This document shows, one piece after another, positions 9,395-13,489 of a DNA stretch of 15,919 nucleotides. Made by a program: the position numbers and the translations under genes. The DNA is from Limnothrix sp. BL-A-16. Lineage in GTDB: Bacteria > Cyanobacteriota > Cyanobacteriia > CACIAM-69d. The notes beneath the pieces are model-generated. The model saw only the letters and a list, made by a program, of their open reading frames with translations. It searched no databases and was not told where the DNA came from. Location: assembly GCA_041937175.2 (NCBI GenBank), contig CP166613.1, positions 1 to 15,919 of the forward strand, given 5' to 3'. The number at the start of each line of letters is the position of its first letter. The first letter of the stretch is position 1.

Positions 9395-9626
9395 AGCTCC
9401 CTTGATAGCTCGTAAAAATTCGATAACCGGGCAAGACGATCGCCACACCCCAAAAATCGTGAATCGTTCCGGGGTAAGTGTTTTCGGCCTCGCACCCACC
9501 GATTCTCAGCACGGCATTTCCCCACCAGGCATAGAAGCCAGGGATGAGTGCATCCATGCAGTAGGCAATATCACGGGTCGGTGTTGCGGTTGGTGAAGGG
9601 GCTGGTGTTTTGGTGTGGGTGGTCAC
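9384..9626 (-). CDS. Hypothetical protein, 80 aa
   Basis: GTG start with AGGAG upstream. It is tightly packed between co-oriented ORFs. Confidence 0.6.
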   Translation of the reverse strand: MTTHTKTPAPSPTATPTRDIAYCMDALIPGFYAWWGNAVLRIGGCEAENTYPGTIHDFWGVAIVLPGYRIFTSYQGSYDP

Positions 9627-9638
9627 GGGCGATCGCTC

Positions 9639-10025
9639 CTAGGCTGGCTCTAGTTCTAGGACGGGTTGGGAAGCCCTAGGGACTTCACGCCATACCTGCT
9701 CCTGTTGAGGCACGGGGGCAAATCGACAAGTACAGACGGCGATCGCTTCGTATTCAGTGGGCTTGGTACTGATAAACAAGTCCACTGCTTCCACGACCCA
9801 ATCGCCTAGGCGTGACTGCATATCGTCGCCACCGTCTGCATAGTTGGTGCGATAGAGCCGTGGCCGATCGCCCGGATTAGGGAGCTTCCCAGTAAACGAC
9901 CATTCCTCAGACAGCAGCCAGGTAAAGCCCCCAAAGGGTAATCGCATCACCGATTCAGCTCCTTCAGGCAGTGGGTGATCCTGGCTGGCAACGTATTGGA
10001 TCCAGATATTTTTAACTTCATCCAT
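9639..10025 (-). CDS. Hypothetical protein, about 128 aa (MDEVKNIWIQY...)
   Basis: GAGGA 8 nt before the ATG at 10025, which overlaps the upstream stop (ATGGATGA). The start could alternatively be 10034. Confidence 0.65.
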   Translation of the reverse strand: MDEVKNIWIQYVASQDHPLPEGAESVMRLPFGGFTWLLSEEWSFTGKLPNPGDRPRLYRTNYADGGDDMQSRLGDWVVEAVDLFISTKPTEYEAIAVCTCRFAPVPQQEQVWREVPRASQPVLELEPA

Positions 10026-10215
10026 TGCGGTCATCCTCAAAGCTGGTTTGCTCCCCTTCAAAGACGCAATCCCACTTGAGGATCGGATCTTTAGTCGGTT
10101 CGATGCGTTTCAGGTTTCCTAGCTGATACTTGCGCCCCATTGCTTGGCAGAGAGAGGGATGGGTGACAGCGTGGCGATTTTCCAAAGGTTCTATCTCATT
10201 TTGCGGATCGGTCAT
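10018..10215 (-). CDS. Small hypothetical protein (DCVFEGEQTSFED motif)
   Basis: ATGA overlap with the upstream RHH gene and overlap with the downstream gene. The motif resembles small conserved cyanobacterial proteins (recollection, not searched). Confidence 0.65.
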   Translation of the reverse strand: MTDPQNEIEPLENRHAVTHPSLCQAMGRKYQLGNLKRIEPTKDPILKWDCVFEGEQTSFEDDRNG

Positions 10216-10397
10216 GGGCGATCGCTCCCTTCCGTTTGACGTGCATCACGCTTGGCCAGCCAGTCTGCTACCAACACCTCAATCACGCTTGATTGGTTGG
10301 TCTGTTCCAATGCGCAGGCCGCTTTGAACTGAAGTGCAAGCTGTTTTGGGATGTAGGCACACACCTGTCTGTAGTCCGGGCTGTGGCGTTTGCTCAT
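10212..10397 (-). CDS. Ribbon-helix-helix (ParG/CopG-like) DNA-binding protein
   Basis: YRQVCAYIPKQLALQFKAACALEQTNQSSVIEVLVADWL fits the RHH pattern. It is the first gene of the operon. Confidence 0.78.
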   Translation of the reverse strand: MSKRHSPDYRQVCAYIPKQLALQFKAACALEQTNQSSVIEVLVADWLAKRDARQTEGSDRP

Positions 10398-10416
10398 GTT
10401 TCTCTTGATTACTAAT

Positions 10417-10432
10417 TCATTCTATTGAATGA
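10417..10432 (-). promoter_or_regulatory. Inverted repeat overlapping a candidate -10 box; possible operator of the 10212..10397 RHH
   Basis: TCATTC-TATT-GAATGA. TAGAAT lies on the - strand at 10424-10419, about 20 bp upstream of the ATG. Confidence 0.35.
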
Positions 10433-10832
10433 TTCATATCATCCAGTTGACATGAATACAAGATAGTGTGACATACGTAAAAGGACATCAACCGGGACAC
10501 AAACCAGACAAGCTCCGGGCTGTAAACGGACTATGGCTAAAGAACTTCCCGTTGCTGTCAATCAATCCAGACATGGCCCGCAAGCGTCACCTAGCACCCT
10601 CAATACTGGCTTACACCAGGTGCTTGCGGGAAACCTGGGAAAGCGAACAGGCCAGCAGCCCCAGCGATCAATCATCAGACGCTTGATTACCCGTTGCCTG
10701 CGAGCTTTTCGAGTGATTCAGCGCCAAATCATATGATTGCCGCGAAAAAGGTGAGCCGATTAGGACTGGTATTTCTAACCGCCTCAGTTGAAAACCAGTT
10801 CTGGCAAAGGTTTCACCTACAATCCGACGGTT

Positions 10833-11051
10833 GACACCCAATAGACACCCAAAATCGACGAATCGCCCCCTAGAGATAGGCGGGCGATTTTTGTTGGGAA
10901 GCTTTGGGGCAAAACCCAGCTTTTGCTATCGCGAGACTCCTAGGATGCAAATTTTGCAGCCAATTTCGTTTCTGACTAGCAGGAAATGAAATTGGCCATG
11001 TTCGGCCCCTAAGGGTTGAACATGGGCCGCGCGATACCTAAGGGCCGCGCG
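10833..11051 (+). other. Non-coding array of hairpins and short direct repeats; candidate replication origin, single-strand initiation site or ncRNA
   Basis: GACACCCAA x2 (10833, 10844). Hairpins at 10861-10889, 10899-10922, 10959-10996 and 10996-11025. GGGCCGCGCG x2 (11024, 11042). Confidence 0.5.
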
Positions 11052-11403
11052 TTTAATCACTGTCACACCGGACGGGGGATGAGGCGATCGGGCGGGCCAT
11101 GAGGTGTTGTCAACAATGAGGGGGGTAAACGCAACAAGGGGGTGATTATTTTTCCTGCATTGGACTGATTAGGGTCTAACCTTTGCGGGGCTTGAGTTTC
11201 AGCGTTTTTCTCAATGCAACTTTATTATGGTAATCTTGTATTCAATCCTGGAAGCGTTGCGGGGTCTGGTTTTGGGCTGGCACACCTCCTACTAGGGCGA
11301 TCGGTCTGGGTTAGCGGTCGGTTGGGTTGGCCCCCGGTGAAGTGATGGGGGCGATCGGGCGGGGAGCCGTGTAGCGGTTGGCTCAACCCGTTTGTATACA
11401 TAT

Positions 11404-11433
11404 ACTGTAGCTTATTGTATAGCTAATCGTCAA
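11404..11433 (-). promoter_or_regulatory. Sigma70-type promoter, copy A (no downstream ORF)
   Basis: TTGACG-N18-TACAGT, same architecture as copies B and C. Confidence 0.65.
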
Positions 11434-11484
11434 TACTCGTATAGCTAGTTTGCTATACATCCTGCTCATGGATGCAACACAATC

Positions 11485-11517
11485 GTATAGGCTATCGTAA
11501 ATAACGATAGCCTATAC
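11485..11517. repeat. Perfect 14-bp inverted repeat (terminator and/or operator)
   Basis: GTATAGGCTATCGT-AAATA-ACGATAGCCTATAC, 11 bp downstream of the stop at 11529. Confidence 0.8.
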
Positions 11518-11528
11518 AAAGCGCTAGA

Positions 11529-11963
11529 CTATAGGTTGAACTTGCGACTGGTGGCGATATACACACTGCTAGCAGCCGCTTGGATGGCAGCATCGGGGGC
11601 ATCAGGGGACATGACCGATCGCGCTTGCTGGTAGCAGTAGCTATAGAGCTTGGCTTGCTGGGTTGCGTAGTCTGCGATCGCCACCTTGTCTAGTTCTGGC
11701 TTGGGAGCCGTGGCTTGGGGGGCGGGGTGTTGAGCCGGTTGGGGGGTTTGGGCGATCGCAACTGGCTTGAATTTGCCTTTAGCGTCCTGTAGCAGGGCGA
11801 TTGAGTCCCCCCGGCGATAGGATTGCAGCTCATCCGGCTTGCCCCAGATCTTTAACTCACTGCCATCGGGCATCGTGACCAGCACATTGCAGCTAGGGCC
11901 GTATTGCCCATCAAAGATTTTGGCTACAGGGAATTTGATCGTTGCGGTGGTTAGGGACTGCAT
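11529..11963 (-). CDS. Hypothetical protein, 144 aa; possible OB-fold N-terminal domain, P/Q/A linker and helical C-terminus
   Basis: The ATG at 11963 aligns with the ATG in the duplicated leader. The N-terminal half is beta-rich (VAKIFDGQYGPSCNVLVTMPDGSELKIWG). The fold call is inference. Confidence 0.7.
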   Translation of the reverse strand: MQSLTTATIKFPVAKIFDGQYGPSCNVLVTMPDGSELKIWGKPDELQSYRRGDSIALLQDAKGKFKPVAIAQTPQPAQHPAPQATAPKPELDKVAIADYATQQAKLYSYCYQQARSVMSPDAPDAAIQAAASSVYIATSRKFNL

Positions 11964-12109
11964 GGGGTTAGACCTTTGGGGTGAGCGAGAGGGGCTGAGT
12001 TTGAGCACTTGCCCTTCCCTGTATGTATATACTGTAGCTTAGTGTATATACGATAGTCAATACGAGATTGATTACATTCTAGCTAAATGTATAGCACTTT
12101 GTATAAGCA
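11961..12109 (-). repeat. About 150-bp promoter/5'UTR cassette, copy B
   Basis: Aligns with 12645-12796. Contains TTGACT (12060-12055)-N18-TACAGT (12036-12031), a 5'UTR hairpin and CAAAGGTCTAA before the ATG. Confidence 0.9.
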
Positions 12110-12123
12110 GCTATGATTGCAGG

Positions 12124-12146
12124 CAGGGGCCGGGCGGCCGGCCCTG
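12124..12146 (-). terminator. GC-rich hairpin after the SWIM gene
   Basis: GGGCCGG-GCGG-CCGGCCC about 10 bp past the stop at 12156. The U-tract is weak. Confidence 0.35.
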
Positions 12147-12155
12147 TGGCGTGGG

Positions 12156-12647
12156 CTAGAAACCCAAATCAGCCAAGGCCACCAGACCAGCGGCGATCGC
12201 TTGCTCATCAGTCAGTGCGCGGTAGTCCGTGGCGATCGCCTCCAATTGTTTGCGGCCGCTCAATTCCACGGCCGCGACGTGCTTGCAATATGGGCGATCG
12301 CGTCCGGCTTCACTTTGGCGCTGGTAATCGTGGCAATCGCAAGCCAGGGACTCGCTTTCAGGATCGGGATAGACCACGTGGGGGTCATCGCCCCCGGTCA
12401 CTTCCCAGCAGTCTCCATCACGCTCGACTGTTAGGCCAGCCCCCCGATCGCACCGTTGCCGATCATGTTCGGTTTCCAGCTCTGAAAGCTCGATCGCCAC
12501 CGGGTAAACCGCCCCTGCTTCCAACACCAGGGCGTAATCCCCAAGCACCTCGATCGATTCGATTTTGCGGGGGGTGGTTCCCAGCAAGCTGGCTGCTAAA
12601 GACTTTTGAGCGAAGTAGGCGGGGCTGAATGCGGTTTGTGCGATCAT
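12156..12647 (-). CDS. SWIM zinc-finger protein, 163 aa
   Basis: CDCHDY...YCKH (CxC...CxH) preceded by WEVTG..PHVV strands. The ATG at 12647 matches the duplicated leader. Confidence 0.8.
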   Translation of the reverse strand: MIAQTAFSPAYFAQKSLAASLLGTTPRKIESIEVLGDYALVLEAGAVYPVAIELSELETEHDRQRCDRGAGLTVERDGDCWEVTGGDDPHVVYPDPESESLACDCHDYQRQSEAGRDRPYCKHVAAVELSGRKQLEAIATDYRALTDEQAIAAGLVALADLGF

Positions 12648-12796
12648 GGCTTTAGACCTTTGTGGGTTTGAGAGAGGGGTTGAGTTTGAGCGCTTGCCCC
12701 TCTCTCTGTATGCATACACTGTAGCTAATCGTATATACGCTAGTCAATACTCAATCAATCACAATCTAGCTAAACGTATAGCGTTCTGTATAAGCA
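12645..12796 (-). repeat. About 150-bp promoter/5'UTR cassette, copy C
   Basis: TTGACT (12747-12742)-N18-TACAGT (12723-12718). Perfect 10-bp UTR stem GAGAGAGGGG/CCCCTCTCTC. Confidence 0.9.
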
Positions 12797-12815
12797 ATCT
12801 TGATAGACAACTGTA

Positions 12816-12844
12816 TAGACAATCTCTAGCGCCTCAGCTATACT
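12816..12844 (+). promoter_or_regulatory. Promoter of the divergent RHH gene
   Basis: TAGACA-N17-TATACT. The -10 box overlaps a GCTATAC motif (12837-12843). Confidence 0.6.
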
Positions 12845-12877
12845 ACTAGCAGAACGCAATACAGAGCGCTAGAGACA

Positions 12878-13219
12878 ATGCCCAAAAAGCAATACAACGC
12901 ACGGCTAGAGCCGGACGCGATCGAGAATTTGCAAGCGATCGCCCAAGCCAACGGGGTATCGGTGGCCGAAGTGATCGAGGCCTCGGCCTATTGGTTGGCA
13001 GGGAACGATCGGGCCCTGGCTGATTGCTCGCTGGCCATGCGTGAGGCGATCGCTAACCGATCAGGCCAAGACTCGATCGCCCCCGTTCCCATGCCCCAGA
13101 CAGTAGCGGCCGCGGCCTTGGACTCTGAGGCCCTGACTGAGGCGATCGCACAGGCAATGGCCCCGGTGTTGGAACGGATCGAAGCGCTGGAAAAGTCAGA
13201 CGGGGCGATCGCGGCTTAG
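12878..13219 (+). CDS. RHH-domain regulator, 113 aa (short form)
   Basis: KQYNARLEPDAIENLQAIAQANGVSVAEVIE fits RHH. The C-terminus is coiled-coil-like (VLERIEALEK). Confidence 0.75.
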   Translation: MPKKQYNARLEPDAIENLQAIAQANGVSVAEVIEASAYWLAGNDRALADCSLAMREAIANRSGQDSIAPVPMPQTVAAAALDSEALTEAIAQAMAPVLERIEALEKSDGAIAA

Positions 13220-13233
13220 AACCGATCGCCCCG
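13189..13233 (+). promoter_or_regulatory. Candidate -1 programmed ribosomal frameshift signal
   Basis: G_GAA_AAG (13189-13195, contains A_AAG), a 5-nt spacer, then a perfect 11-bp stem CGGGGCGATCG/CGATCGCCCCG (13201-13233). Confidence 0.65.
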
Positions 13234-13476
13234 CAAAACGTTGCTAGTGGTGAAACGCTGCAAACAGCACTCTTAGTCACCCCTGACGCTCCCACGGGGG
13301 TGCAGCTCACCATTGATGAGGTGTGCGATCGCCTGGGTCTCAGTAGCAAAAACATTGCCAGAACCGCTAAGGATGCTGGCCATGCATCAACTGACCGCTA
13401 TTTGGCCAGCCGTGGTTTTGTTGTGGTGGGTAAGGATGGCCGTCGCAAGCTCTATGCCCCAGCAATTCCCAACTAG
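13192..13476 (+). CDS. -1 frame extension encoding an HTH/winged-helix-like domain (199-aa fusion with the RHH ORF, or a 58-aa ORF from GTG 13300)
   Basis: KVRRGDRGLEPIAPQNVASGETLQTALLVTPDAPTGVQLTIDEVCDRLGLSSKNIARTAKDAGHASTDRYLASRGFVVVGKDGRRKLYAPAIPN*. It fills the gap up to the convergent mod stop. Confidence 0.62.
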   Translation, partial: KVRRGDRGLEPIAPQNVASGETLQTALLVTPDAPTGVQLTIDEVCDRLGLSSKNIARTAKDAGHASTDRYLASRGFVVVGKDGRRKLYAPAIPN

Positions 13477-13489
13477 GCGATCGCTCGGA

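Noticed and set aside
10468..10736. Two overlapping + strand ORFs (72 and 67 aa)
   Set aside because: No motifs or clear RBS. One may be real, since TTGACA lies at 10447 and a terminator-like hairpin at 10861, but I cannot support either.
11242..11290. AGGAGG followed by a 13-codon GTG ORF downstream of promoter A
   Set aside because: The SD-to-start spacing is only 1 nt and the peptide is uninformative.
11964..12719. ORF-track starts at 12008 and 12719
   Set aside because: These extensions run through the duplicated UTR or promoter. The aligned ATGs at 11963 and 12647 are more plausible.
10737..12860. CRISPR array or tRNA in the repeat-rich region
   Set aside because: There are no regularly spaced identical repeats with spacers, no cloverleaf and no cas genes.
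4072..13489. A 9.4-kb integrated element splitting mod from res
   Set aside because: No integrase or att repeats were found other than common HIP1 sites. Circular joining makes res-uma2-mod contiguous, so this segment is the plasmid backbone.
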